Of a stretch of DNA of 64,000 bases, positions 17,888-28,221 are shown piece after piece (within the stretch, counting starts at the first letter, position 1; each line of letters begins with the position of its first letter). Both the position numbers and the translations under genes were made by a program. The stretch lies in the sequence record MK568540.2. One strand, given 5' to 3'. The notes beneath the pieces are model-generated. The model was given only the letters and a program-made list of their open reading frames with translations. It did not search any database and was not told the origin of the DNA.

Positions 17888-17905
17888 CCGAATTCGAGAA
17901 AAAAG

Positions 17906-18961
17906 ATGATTATTTTTGAAAACGTTCAATCGCAGCGTGCATTAGAGTACGCATCTAAGTTTATTGTCGATAAGCTTGAGACACAATTAGAAGCAGCTCT
18001 AAGTAGCCGACCATTCGACCCAAACAAACTCGCGCTCAATACCAAGAATCTGAACATCAAAACTGGTGAAACTGAGTTCGATGCGCTTCTTGCGCGTGGT
18101 ATCGTTGCTTATCTTAAACTTGATAACCAAAACCCAACCGAAATGGGTGTTTGGCGCGGTGCTTTACACGACCCAGAAGCAGGTGAAGCAGGGAACTTGC
18201 AAATCACCGTTGATATAACCGGTGTCACTGCGGTGAGTCAGATTATGGCTAAGTTTAGAGTCGAGAAAGAACAGATGTACAGCACTACATTACATGAACT
18301 TCAACATGCTTATGATAACTGGCGTTCTGGTGATATAGAAGACTTCGAGACACGCGACGAAGAGGGTGTATATCAACACTCAGGGCGTAATAGAGCTTAT
18401 ATCGATAAAGAGTTCATTCGACATGCTAAAGCAGGTCACAAAGCGACACACGACGAATATCAGAACTATTCGCACGAGATAAACGCTCGTTATGCACAAG
18501 CGATTGCAGATACTAAAGCAGATTTTAAAAATTCACCAGCCACTGCTCAAGCATGGATTAATCGATTTAAACACAACTTTGATGGGTGGGACAATATACC
18601 AGAAGAGTCTAAGAAACGATTGATTTCGCGTGCAGGGGCTGAACACAGTGAGTCGAGACAACCGTTTAAAGGTAAAGAAAGCAGCTTGATGTATGCATTG
18701 AAAGGGTTTGATGTGAGATACACCAGAGATAAGAAGTTTAGTAAGATTGGTTATTGGTTCAGTCAGTTTAAATACGACGGTCGTAATTCTAGCGAATTGC
18801 TAGATAAACTTGAATTACTAGCACATAAAACTGAAGGTGTAGTTGCACTACCACTTGATGATATACGAGCAAACTCAGCATTATTCGCTGAAATGCGTAA
18901 TCGTATGAATCTAGGTTCATGGGAACGAATGGGTTCTAATCATATGATCTACCGACCATAA
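17906..18961 (+). CDS. HExxH metallopeptidase-like protein, predicted virion cargo
   Basis: TTLHELQHAYD plus downstream HEINAR; MIIFE leader shared with 48422-49303. Confidence 0.55.
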   Translation: MIIFENVQSQRALEYASKFIVDKLETQLEAALSSRPFDPNKLALNTKNLNIKTGETEFDALLARGIVAYLKLDNQNPTEMGVWRGALHDPEAGEAGNLQITVDITGVTAVSQIMAKFRVEKEQMYSTTLHELQHAYDNWRSGDIEDFETRDEEGVYQHSGRNRAYIDKEFIRHAKAGHKATHDEYQNYSHEINARYAQAIADTKADFKNSPATAQAWINRFKHNFDGWDNIPEESKKRLISRAGAEHSESRQPFKGKESSLMYALKGFDVRYTRDKKFSKIGYWFSQFKYDGRNSSELLDKLELLAHKTEGVVALPLDDIRANSALFAEMRNRMNLGSWERMGSNHMIYRP

Positions 18962-18986
18962 AAAGGGGCGAAAGCCCCTTTTTTTT
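18960..18986. terminator. Bidirectional terminator
   Basis: AAAAAGGGGC-GAAA-GCCCCTTTTTTTT. Confidence 0.88.
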
Positions 18987-20937
18987 ATTCTTCATCGCAA
19001 ATTGTATATGCTTCATCTTCGACGACCATGTGATATGTCCATCTGATTTCTCGTTCAGCGTATAGCAAGTTATCCACAAGAAATCCACAGCCATGTGATG
19101 CACGATGCCAGTCGTTGTATGGTTTGTCAGGTCGAACGTCTTCCCAGTAAGATTCTCGCTTGAATACTAACGAGTCATCTCGAAGATCTTCATAACCGAA
19201 TTTCCAATTGTGGTCGCGAAGCGTATCAAGACCTTCAACTTCCCAATCGCGATGATCCCCGAAGTCCCAACCTTCGCGCTTCACACCGTGTGACTCAACA
19301 CACTTACAGAGTGGGATGTCCCCAGTCTTTTTGTTGACGATAGCAACAACTACGCCACGTTCAAAGCACGATACTACGTTTTTGATGATCAGAACGTCGT
19401 GTTCTTCTTTGTATTTCACATACGCTGGCTCGATTGATACATATACATCAGCATCACCATACCAGATTTCTTTATTGTACCCGATTTTCAATTTCACATG
19501 TTCGTAAATTGAAAGAATATTCGGCTTCATTGCTTCATTTACGATGCGAGTGTAAACCTTGTTGTTAATTTGATTCAACTCTCGCAATGTTTGTTCAACG
19601 TTCATGTATTCTCTCTATTAGCTATTGTAAAAGAATAGCCCATCTAGTGTTTTAACTGATTCTTCATTGAAGAACCATGCGATTGCGTCTTCACGACGCT
19701 TAAAGCGTTTCATGTATGATGAATTGTCTGTACCGTAAAGCACAATTAACCACTCATAACCTTTATTGATTCGCTTCTGTTCGCGTTCTTCTTCATCTGA
19801 GCGTGTCGCTTGTTGCTCAGAGTCGAATAAATGGACAGCGCACCAGCGATGGTCACTCTCAGGTACGTACATTCCCCAAGAATCGCTGGGCGCTGTAATC
19901 GGCATGAATCCCAAGAATATCGTACCTTGCACGAATTGAGAACTCATGTAATTAACCATGTTCATAAAACGATTGGTCGAATATTTGTGTAACATAACAT
20001 GTTTACTCTATTATAAGAAAAACACAGCAAATTTAAACATCATTTGCGAAGTTTTTTAATGATTTTGTCGATTTCACCAACGTTTTCTTTCCACGACAGA
20101 ACTCCACGAGCGTAGAATTTTTCTGTGTCAGATGAATCTTCAGTTAGTTCATATGGTGTCGCGTTGACAATGCAATCTCTGAAGTACTCAAGCTGCTCGA
20201 TTGTGTCATCATACTTCGATTTTTCAAAGTCATACATCGGGATGTAGCGACGCTCACCACCCCATGCATACACCTCAAGTCGTGTTAAATCGGGTTGAAT
20301 TTTGTATGCTTCGTCAATGTTGCACAGACGTTCGATTGTTCGCTCGTCTTCTGCCATATGAGATTCTAAACGCTTCTTCAACTTTTCTGTTGCTTCGGGG
20401 TACTCATCACCGATTTCTTTAATCACACGAGCACACCACCCAAGTCTATAATCTGAAGAGTCTTTCACATGTTGAATAATCTCTTCACGCGATAAACGTG
20501 TAGGCTCTTTGACTTGCCGAGTCTCGAAATCCATGATATAACCATCTTTGAGAGTAATCCCATTACCGTTCGTAGCGAAAAGATGATCTAGTACTGAAAA
20601 TCGAGTCGGGAAAATCGTGTGATATTCTTGCATCACGTGTTTAATGTAGTCAGCTAATAACATCTTAATTCTCTCTAATTTCAAATTCAATTTCACCAAT
20701 CTCGTCACCAAACTCACTCTGTAGTTTCTCGATGACGAATTCTTGATACTTTTCTAATTCAAGCGTTTCGTCGTCAAACTTCTCGAAAAAGATGCTCACG
20801 CCTTGTGTAAAGGGCATAAACACACCGTGTACGTCGTCTCGATCAATAGATGCTTCGATTCGATCTAATGTCTCATCAACGTCATAATGCTCGTCGTGAA
20901 TGTTGATGAATATTTCTGTTAAGTCATTAATGTTCAT
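18985..20937 (-). other. Four hypothetical CDSs: 18985-19605, 19618-19995, 20040-20663, 20665-20937
   Basis: ORF track with starts reassigned to SD-supported ATGs; class B promoter GTTTAA-N17-TATAAT at 20010-20038. Confidence 0.65.
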
Positions 20938-20967
20938 ATTATTCTCTTTTTCGTTTTCGATAAAGCT

Positions 20968-21007
20968 ATAATACAAAAAAGGGCTGACATCTGTCAACCC
21001 TTTTTTT
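20968..21007 (-). promoter_or_regulatory. Terminator-promoter cassette: -35 TTGACA inside the terminator stem, N18, TATTAT
   Basis: AAAAAAAGGGTTGACAGATGTCAGCCCTTTTTTGTATTATAGCT. Confidence 0.8.
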
Positions 21008-21011
21008 AATA

Positions 21012-22463
21012 TTATTCTTCGTCTTCGTCGTCTTTGTACTCAGATACATCAACGCCGTTTTCTTCAGCAAGCTCAATAAGTGCTTCATCAAATGACGGAC
21101 CGAAGTTACCATTTATAGCGTATTCAAACACCTCTTCTTGATATGGATCTGAGTTATTCATCAAGAACTCAGCAGCTTCGCGACCATCTAACCCCAGTAC
21201 GTTAAATACCGCACCAATTGCAGATTCGCGCACGTCTTCATCATGGTCTGCTAGAAGTTCCTCAACTCGATAACCTTGTTCGGCTACGTATTGGCGTTCT
21301 TCGTAATCATCTGTATCATCGATCATTCTATCCCAGATATCTTCTGCCATATCGCGACCGAATTCACTTTCGTAGCGTTTCGCATATGTGATACGTGTGT
21401 CTGCATCGTCGTTTGAGAATGACCAATCCCACGCTGTGTCCCGTACATCTTCATCTGAGTCAAGAACAAGATCCCAAATACCAAAACCCATGTCCGCAGC
21501 TTGTTTACGGTGTTGCCAATCGCCAGATGAAGCAAGTTTATCGCCCATTTCGTAATCTGACTCAACTACCGCTGCACGAACGTCTTCGTCATCGTGGAAA
21601 ATCAGCTCTTCGTGCATCAGACCCCAACTAGCAATACGAACTAGAGTTTGCCAATCTGCGTGTTCAATGATTTCATCTTCACGACCTTCATTGATCCATG
21701 CTTCGATTTGATATTGATCTGCTTCATCAACAAAATCTTCAAGAGACGGTCCGCCACCGAATGCTGTATCGTAGCTGCTAGAACGCTCGTTCTCGTTGGT
21801 AAGAGTGAAAGAGACAGAACCACTCATGCTCATCAACGCTTGGTTAACGTCGCTGTCGCTCATTGAAAGAATACTGCGCGTCACGTTCTTACGAACAGAG
21901 CGGAAATCGTTTGCACCACCTGCTAGACGTGCAAGCCAACGGTCGCTAATCTCAGTCGAATAGCCGTATTCTTTACCAAACGTCAACGATAGAGCGTAGT
22001 AAAGCATCGGACGAGAAATCAAGTCTTTCAATAGCTTTTTCTTGCTTTCTTCATCTAAACGAGTCGCTTCGCGTCGATTGTTAACAAGTGCGTAGTACTC
22101 GTGATTCTTTGGTAGTTCATAAGCTGCGCTGAAGTCATATTCATACGGCTTCATGCCCATTTCTTCTTCATACGTCTCGGTGAATTCACGTAGAGTCGTC
22201 AATACACCAGAGAATACCGCAGCCGCAGAGTGTCCTGCTTTACCTGTCTGAGCATAACCACCTGAGTTTTGGAATGTAATAGTGAAATAACCAGGGTTGC
22301 TTTCTTCAACACCAACTTCAAATCGCTCACCAGCAGCGTCGAATCGCGCTGAAGTCTCGCCCGTCCCGTTCTCATGACCCCAATCCCAATCAATGTCGAT
22401 ATTCGCACGATCAGAAATCTCATCAAGGCGAACTTCTTGATAAAATTCGTTAAATTGTTTCAT
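21012..22463 (-). CDS. Predicted internal head protein: paralog-family N-domain plus acidic HEAT-like repeats
   Basis: Leader MKQFNEFYQEVRLDE; repeats LIFHDDEDVR, LVLDSDEDVR, LLADHDEDVR; late-like TCTAAATA at 22492-22499. Confidence 0.6.
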   Translation of the reverse strand: MKQFNEFYQEVRLDEISDRANIDIDWDWGHENGTGETSARFDAAGERFEVGVEESNPGYFTITFQNSGGYAQTGKAGHSAAAVFSGVLTTLREFTETYEEEMGMKPYEYDFSAAYELPKNHEYYALVNNRREATRLDEESKKKLLKDLISRPMLYYALSLTFGKEYGYSTEISDRWLARLAGGANDFRSVRKNVTRSILSMSDSDVNQALMSMSGSVSFTLTNENERSSSYDTAFGGGPSLEDFVDEADQYQIEAWINEGREDEIIEHADWQTLVRIASWGLMHEELIFHDDEDVRAAVVESDYEMGDKLASSGDWQHRKQAADMGFGIWDLVLDSDEDVRDTAWDWSFSNDDADTRITYAKRYESEFGRDMAEDIWDRMIDDTDDYEERQYVAEQGYRVEELLADHDEDVRESAIGAVFNVLGLDGREAAEFLMNNSDPYQEEVFEYAINGNFGPSFDEALIELAEENGVDVSEYKDDEDEE

Positions 22464-22504
22464 TTAATTAACCTTTTAATGTTGTTTCTTCTATTTAGAC
22501 AAAA

Positions 22505-22534
22505 CAAAAAAATCCCGTCTTAACCGACGGGATT
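22505..22534 (-). terminator. Rho-independent terminator
   Basis: AATCCCGTC-GGTTAA-GACGGGATT followed by a U-run. Confidence 0.8.
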
Positions 22535-22537
22535 TAA

Positions 22538-23120
22538 CTAGATTTGATTGTCAATTTCGAATTCTAATTCATCATCATCGAAGAACTCTCGCGCTTTTCG
22601 CTTGTACCATTCAATAAATTCGTATGTGTGTTGAATGAATGCATCATCAAGCTCGATTGTTAGATTCGCAATGTCTTCTTCAGACATACGCGCTTCGAAG
22701 TGGTGACGTTCTTCAGCTACGTTCAATACTAGTAAGTCGCCGTAGAAGTGACCAACATACGGGTGCTCACGTTCTTGTGTTTCAGCTTCAACGATGAAAT
22801 CAATAAAGTTATCAACGTCGTCGCCAGAAATATTATCACTTACAATTTCAATGACCTGAACACCGAAGTTATGACCAGCGATTTCAGTTGACTTGATGAT
22901 ATTTGGGTTGAGTAGTACTACATCTAAATCAAGCATCTGATACCACCTTAATATTTTCAAATCGACGGTCAAACGCAGCTAGACATGCATCAGCATAGTT
23001 TGTTGCAGTTGATGTTTCTTTACAGTCATTTGCGTTCGCAGTATGACACCATGCTTTCAACCACACGTCGCGTCGTTGCATTTCATGTTCAACTTCGTGT
23101 GCGTAAAGTAATTTAGCCAT
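22538..23120 (-). other. Two hypothetical CDSs (22538-22972; 22929-23120, start MAKLLY)
   Basis: ORF track. Confidence 0.55.
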
Positions 23121-23343
23121 TTGTTTTTCCTTTTCCAGAATTTGTGTATAAACCGAATATCGCTGCACCTGCACCGACAATAGTCGATACAAATGCAGAT
23201 TGTGTTGCTGAAGGGTCAGGCAGTGCCATGAACCATATTGCTGTAGTATAAAGCAAGTAGCAATACATTGCAACTAAAATTCGAGGGACAATGCGCCACG
23301 AGTCGAAAGCTTCAGCAAGTTTTTTATTTGTTTCAAAACTCAT
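23113..23343 (-). CDS. Small 2-TM membrane protein, holin-like
   Basis: DSWRIVPRILV...TM...PSATQSAFVSTIVGAGAAIFGLY. Confidence 0.5.
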   Translation of the reverse strand: MSFETNKKLAEAFDSWRIVPRILVAMYCYLLYTTAIWFMALPDPSATQSAFVSTIVGAGAAIFGLYTNSGKGKTNG

Positions 23344-23510
23344 TTAGGTAATCTCTTTCTAGCTCGTTGCCTTATGATCTTATGACGTAGTTTAACACGT
23401 TTTGCCTCACTCTTGTCAAGCATTTTCATAATAAAATATACAAATAATGCAACCAATGACAGGATAAGTAATAAAATCAATGCATTAAACGCAAGTTCTG
23501 AAATGAACAT
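23340..23510 (-). CDS. 56-aa single-TM protein with basic tail (not in track)
   Basis: Manual translation MFISELAFNALILLLILSLVALFVYFIMKMLDKSEAKRVKLRHKIIRQRARKRLPK. Confidence 0.55.
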   Translation of the reverse strand: MFISELAFNALILLLILSLVALFVYFIMKMLDKSEAKRVKLRHKIIRQRARKRLPK

Positions 23511-23513
23511 AAA

Positions 23514-24026
23514 TCACCAGTCGATTAATGTGTCTTTTTCAAAGTGTACGATGACTACTTCTTTATCACCACTTGCCTTGTCGATGATGTGACGAATGAT
23601 TTCCCAGTCACCACCCGCTAGACCTGCACCAATAAGAGGTAAGAAGATTTTGTCGTCATTGCCTTCTAGAAACCGCACAACGCCTTTCACTGCTTCTTTG
23701 ATTGCTGAATATTCAGCATGTCGCTCAGTTGTTCCCATACTGAACTGCGTGTACATGTTGAACACAACAGCTTGAGGGACCGTTCCGTGTTCATCAAACA
23801 ACGCAACCGAGTATTCACCGAGTTTCAGTGGGTCACCTTCACGACCGAAGTCGATATCAGCTTGGTAAACTTCAGGAAAACGTCGCAACTGACCTGCAAT
23901 ACCAGAACCTTGTCTGATAAAGCAATTACAACCTTGTCCCATGATAAAAGTGCGTTGATGATTAGGGTTTTCAATCGCGTGAGCGAGAGTGGCGACTAAA
24001 TCGCCACGAATCTCAGATACAATCAT
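23514..24026 (-). CDS. Macrodomain ADP-ribose hydrolase (T4 Tk.4-like)
   Basis: IRGDL, GCNCFIRQGSGIAG, NMYTQF, PLIGAGLAGGDW. Confidence 0.88.
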   Translation of the reverse strand: MIVSEIRGDLVATLAHAIENPNHQRTFIMGQGCNCFIRQGSGIAGQLRRFPEVYQADIDFGREGDPLKLGEYSVALFDEHGTVPQAVVFNMYTQFSMGTTERHAEYSAIKEAVKGVVRFLEGNDDKIFLPLIGAGLAGGDWEIIRHIIDKASGDKEVVIVHFEKDTLIDW

Positions 24027-24583
24027 TAATCAAAACCCCCGCCTGAACTACTTGAGCTGCTATCACTGCTTGAGTAGCTTGAGCCACTATCGCTCGAACT
24101 TGAGTAGCTTGAGCTGCTATCAGAACTACCACCGAATGAGTAACTACCCGGGCTAGACACGCGCTCTGGTTCGCTGTAACTCGGCTCAGGTGCAGAGTAG
24201 CTTGGTTCAGGGCGTGAGCGTGTTGGCTCGTCTTCAGAATACAGACCTACAGGGTCAGTAATCGGGTTTAGAGGATGCAGCGGATTTGTCACGATGTCAT
24301 CATCTTCACGACGCTTACGAGAAGTACGCGACAGTGATTGAGTTTTTGGTACATTATGACGCACTGAATGAGTCACGCGAGATTTTGCATTGCTTGATGT
24401 ACCATTCAACGAACGAAGTTCTTTTGCATCGCGGTCACGCAGATGGTCGAGAATGTCAGGGTTTGCTTGTTCACGCATCGACTTCGCGTTTTCTGCTTTT
24501 TGCTTGTCTGCCGCACGTTTGTACATGTAAATTACAAACAATACAAACAAGATTGCTGCTACTGTTACTGATAATTCAATCAT
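24026..24583 (-). CDS. N-terminal-TM protein with disordered Ser-rich tail
   Basis: TM at MIELSV...; PEPSYS repeats; SSSSGGGFD end. Confidence 0.65.
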   Translation of the reverse strand: MIELSVTVAAILFVLFVIYMYKRAADKQKAENAKSMREQANPDILDHLRDRDAKELRSLNGTSSNAKSRVTHSVRHNVPKTQSLSRTSRKRREDDDIVTNPLHPLNPITDPVGLYSEDEPTRSRPEPSYSAPEPSYSEPERVSSPGSYSFGGSSDSSSSYSSSSDSGSSYSSSDSSSSSSGGGFD

Positions 24584-24593
24584 ATTTTTACCT

Positions 24594-25511
24594 TTAAAAG
24601 TTACCTGGTTGTACTTGGAACACTTCAACACCTACTTCACGTAGAGTATTGACTACTTGGTCACGGTCATCGAACATCACAATAGGACGACGGAAACCGC
24701 GTTCTGCTAATTCTAGCAGCAATTCGAGTTTGATTACCCAATCTGGGCGAGAATCGCCTTTCTTGCGCATTACCAAATCAAAGCCACTTGAGCGTGTGAA
24801 TGGCATGTGCTTAGATAACCAACGGCGCGTATGCTCTTCACAAATACCATCACGACCGCTCATGAAGATGATTGGGTAATGAATGCTTAGAAGATCAAGC
24901 ATTTCGATTACAGTTTCGCGCGGTGAATCTTCTTCGACACGAAGCCATTCAAACGGGCTACGACGACCTTTCACACCTTTATGCATTTCAGCAACTGTGC
25001 CGTCAATGTCAGACAACACGCACAACTCAGTACCCGATTTCCACAGAGGTTCAAGCAAAGACTTGAAATGCGCGATGATCAAGTCGCGGTTATTCTGGTG
25101 ATAATTCTGGAACATAGTAGTTAGAACTTTACCACCGACTGACATTTCACGAGCTTTATCGCGTGCAAATGCTTCATCAAACGAGATATGAAACAACTTC
25201 TCTTCGTATTCAGCACCTAATTCTTGTGCGATATTGCGCCACACTTCACGACGCTCTGGTACAAGGTTTGTATCAGAGATAACAACACTTTTACCTTGAC
25301 GAAGTGCAAGTAATGCTTTGTCTTTGTTGACTTTCGTCACAAGTTCTTCGTTTTTCTTCGTGAACTTGTATTCGCCCCATTTAAAGGGACCGAATAGTTC
25401 TTGGCGCGTATCGTCGCGATTGACGTTTACTGCTTTCCCGTTTGCACAGAATTTCTCAGCCCACGTAGTTTTACCGGACGCAGGCACACCGACTGTCACA
25501 ATCAATTTCAT
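24594..25511 (-). CDS. pseT: Polynucleotide 5'-kinase/3'-phosphatase
   Basis: Walker A GVPASGKTT, NRDD, HAD motif DIDGTVA, FDDRDQVV. Confidence 0.95.
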   Translation of the reverse strand: MKLIVTVGVPASGKTTWAEKFCANGKAVNVNRDDTRQELFGPFKWGEYKFTKKNEELVTKVNKDKALLALRQGKSVVISDTNLVPERREVWRNIAQELGAEYEEKLFHISFDEAFARDKAREMSVGGKVLTTMFQNYHQNNRDLIIAHFKSLLEPLWKSGTELCVLSDIDGTVAEMHKGVKGRRSPFEWLRVEEDSPRETVIEMLDLLSIHYPIIFMSGRDGICEEHTRRWLSKHMPFTRSSGFDLVMRKKGDSRPDWVIKLELLLELAERGFRRPIVMFDDRDQVVNTLREVGVEVFQVQPGNF

Positions 25512-25936
25512 TACAATGTCTCAACTGTTTTGTATAAATGTTTAGAGTTAACGAGCTTCAATAAATCGCCGTAAACATGCAAGCGAATAAAATACCCGTC
25601 TATTTCTTCGCTTTTGATTACTTCACTTGAAATCGAGCAGTTTGCACACTTTATCGCAAGTTCAGCATATTTCAAAGCTAACGATTCAGACTTGAAATAG
25701 CAAATACCTTCATAATCGTCTGTAAGCGTCTCAGTGAGTTCAATCAGTTCACGAATACGTGAAGCTGGCACAGCCCCGAAAGACCTTAATTCATTGCGCA
25801 TAGACGCAATAAAAGGGGTTGTAGCAAATTTATCACTAACAAAGTCAAGCAAGTCGTCTGTCAAATCAATATCAATGATACCAAACTGTTCAAATTGAAT
25901 TCTTGCTTCTGTTGATGCTTTTTTCAAGTCTTGCAT
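25511..25936 (-). CDS. Early hypothetical protein
   Basis: ORF downstream of the cassette at 26001-26036. Confidence 0.6.
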   Translation of the reverse strand: MQDLKKASTEARIQFEQFGIIDIDLTDDLLDFVSDKFATTPFIASMRNELRSFGAVPASRIRELIELTETLTDDYEGICYFKSESLALKYAELAIKCANCSISSEVIKSEEIDGYFIRLHVYGDLLKLVNSKHLYKTVETL

Positions 25937-26000
25937 AATATACCCCGTTTGTTTTTAAGTAAACATCATTTTCAATCAACGATGTCGTTTCGATGTAGCT

Positions 26001-26036
26001 ATAATACGAAAAAAGGGCTGCCGACGCAACCCTTTT
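26001..26036 (-). promoter_or_regulatory. Terminator-promoter cassette TTGCGT-N17-TATTAT plus AGCTACATCGAAACGA leader
   Basis: Stem GGGTTGC/GCAGCCC contains the -35. Confidence 0.8.
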
Positions 26037-26038
26037 CT

Positions 26039-26368
26039 TTAATTATTTTCAATTTTTTTCTGAATGTTCGGATCTTGCTCTTTATAAAGCTTTATCACTT
26101 CAAGCAAATCAAGGTTATATGCTTTGTAAGAGTGCATCCACTTCGCGAAGTCAAGCCACTGGTCATACTCAAATCCCACATATGCCTTTTGTTTCTCGAT
26201 AGTGTCAGTAGTAATGACCAATATCTTCACACCTGGATTTTGTGGTGGGGTTGGTAGACTAGGGTGAGCAAATTCATTCTTTGGCGGCTCTGGTACAGGT
26301 TCTTTTGATGTACTACCACAACCCATCAACAGAGCAGCTAGAAATATAGCTATAATTTTATTGAGCAT
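26039..26368 (-). CDS. Outer-membrane spanin lipoprotein (o-spanin, pseT.2/Rz1-like)
   Basis: Lipobox LLMGC, Pro-rich linker; follows the i-spanin. Confidence 0.85.
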   Translation of the reverse strand: MLNKIIAIFLAALLMGCGSTSKEPVPEPPKNEFAHPSLPTPPQNPGVKILVITTDTIEKQKAYVGFEYDQWLDFAKWMHSYKAYNLDLLEVIKLYKEQDPNIQKKIENN

Positions 26369-26741
26369 TGCGCACCTCGTCGAAGAATTTATCAAGAGCT
26401 TTTTGCTCTTTGATTTGGACTAGACCCGGTTTTTGAAATACGATATCTTGACGCGATTTGTATGTGTCAATAGTCGCGGTTAATTCGTCTAATTCAGTTT
26501 GAAGTTTTTTGCGATATTGTTCCTGTTCACGGTAAACATTTCGCCATTGATCGATGGTTAAATCTTTGTTCTTGATTGTTGCGTGTAAACGCTCATTATC
26601 ACCCGTTAGTCGCTCAACCTCAGCAGTTTGAGTAACTAAATCTTTCTCAAGACTTACATTCTCATACTTTAAGTAACCAATCGAACCAATGAACACAGCC
26701 GCAATAGCCAAGAGCACGTAAATTTTATATTGTGAAAACAC
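26358..26741 (-). CDS. Inner-membrane spanin (i-spanin, pseT.3/Rz-like)
   Basis: N-terminal TM plus coiled coil, KPGLV; late-like AATAAATA at 26775-26782 and an 11-bp hairpin at 26748-26776 upstream. Confidence 0.85.
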   Translation of the reverse strand: MFSQYKIYVLLAIAAVFIGSIGYLKYENVSLEKDLVTQTAEVERLTGDNERLHATIKNKDLTIDQWRNVYREQEQYRKKLQTELDELTATIDTYKSRQDIVFQKPGLVQIKEQKALDKFFDEVRNAQ

Positions 26742-26780
26742 GATAGGTACTCCCGTATTAGTTGTATACGGGAGTATTTA

Positions 26781-27050
26781 TTAAGAATAGAAGACAGGAG
26801 AGAATGTTTGAACGAAAGGATTGACGTAAAACGTCGATACGACACCATCTTTGTCCATAATTTGAACGTCAATACCTTGAACGGTGTCTGATTTAGAAGG
26901 TCCTACGTATACGATTCGACCCCCGCGTTGCTTAGGGTCTGAGTTCAATCGCTTTTCCAATTCAGGTAAAAACTTTTCTTTAAACTCTTTCATGAATAAA
27001 TTAGGGTCACCGACTTGCATCGGCTCCCCATCTTGAAATACAAAATGCAT
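26781..27050 (-). CDS. hypothetical protein
   Basis: ORF abutting the rnlA stop. Confidence 0.6.
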   Translation of the reverse strand: MHFVFQDGEPMQVGDPNLFMKEFKEKFLPELEKRLNSDPKQRGGRIVYVGPSKSDTVQGIDVQIMDKDGVVSTFYVNPFVQTFSPVFYS

Positions 27051-28196
27051 TTACACCCCGTTTAGATATTTCTCTGGGATTGCTAGTTCTGGTCGCTTCA
27101 GATATGCAGTAACTAAAGATTCATAGACACCTTCGACTGTCTGCTTCTGATACGCGATCATAGCTACCCCGAATTCCCATGGTTTTAATACTTTCTGACC
27201 TGCAATTGCATAGTCTTTACGCGCTAGATGACGATTACGAGCATAGAACTGACGAACTGCATTGAATGAATTCGTAAGAGTCTTCGTCACGTGAGAATCA
27301 AATTCACGAATACGCTCAATCGTCGGTTTGTCATCTGCGAATAGCGCATAGAGATCATCGTGATTGCCGTTCAAGATAGTTGTTACCAACTTCTTCGGAA
27401 CATTCACTGAGTCTTTTTGCGAGTGTAAATCAACATACCATTGAGTTTTGATTTTCACAGATTGACCGTTTGCAAGACGCAAGATCATGCCTTCAATACC
27501 TTTCGTATCTCGCAATTTCTCAACGAAATCTGGTTCATGTGCAGTCGCTGGGTCGTACTCGTCAACAAGCCACTGTTTAACACGCATCAACGCAGATTGT
27601 GGAATGTCGTCGAAACTTACATAATCACCTGTTTCGTTGTCACGAATATTCAAGATAACCAGTTTAGCTTCTGGGTACTCAAGAACGATGCGGTTGTTAG
27701 GCGCACACCATTCCATGTTGACAGTCAAACCCGCTTGAGTACAATCGTCACAGAATTCCCACAAGTCACGATTCTCTGGTTTTTTGATGTAGCGATTAGC
27801 CGCAACAGCTTGCTCCGAAAAGATGCTTGTTTTTGACTTCAGCGCGAAGTTCTCACCTGACAAATACGTGCTAATCAATGAACCATCAGCTTTGTCCATT
27901 AGTTGTACAGTGGTCGTCAAGTCAAGTTCCATCGTAAAGGGATTCTCGTTTAGATTGAAGAATTTCTCCATCGGACGAGATACGATACGAATCATTTCAT
28001 CATTGTCATCTAATTGAAACATGATACCACGCGCTTCAAGAGCACCCGGCAAAAGCCAATCAGAATATGAAGCAATATGATAGCTAAACACGCGAAACTT
28101 TTCACCAAGCGGTGAAAGATGATCAGCAAAGAAGAACTTGCCTTCAGCGTCATCAGCTAGAGACATCAAATTTTTGTATAATTCTTGTACGTTCAT
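27051..28196 (-). CDS. rnlA: RNA ligase 1
   Basis: ARGIMF, RPMEKFFNLNEN, motif I KADGSL, MEW, GIEGMIL, VKIKTQWY. Confidence 0.95.
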   Translation of the reverse strand: MNVQELYKNLMSLADDAEGKFFFADHLSPLGEKFRVFSYHIASYSDWLLPGALEARGIMFQLDDNDEMIRIVSRPMEKFFNLNENPFTMELDLTTTVQLMDKADGSLISTYLSGENFALKSKTSIFSEQAVAANRYIKKPENRDLWEFCDDCTQAGLTVNMEWCAPNNRIVLEYPEAKLVILNIRDNETGDYVSFDDIPQSALMRVKQWLVDEYDPATAHEPDFVEKLRDTKGIEGMILRLANGQSVKIKTQWYVDLHSQKDSVNVPKKLVTTILNGNHDDLYALFADDKPTIERIREFDSHVTKTLTNSFNAVRQFYARNRHLARKDYAIAGQKVLKPWEFGVAMIAYQKQTVEGVYESLVTAYLKRPELAIPEKYLNGV

Positions 28197-28221
28197 GTTA
28201 TTTTCCTCTCAAAATAGTCTT

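Noticed and set aside
24040-24210. Short direct repeats (GAGTAGCTTGAGC and similar) as a CRISPR-like or VNTR array
   Set aside because: They are codon-level repeats of a Ser-rich tail with no constant repeat-spacer period
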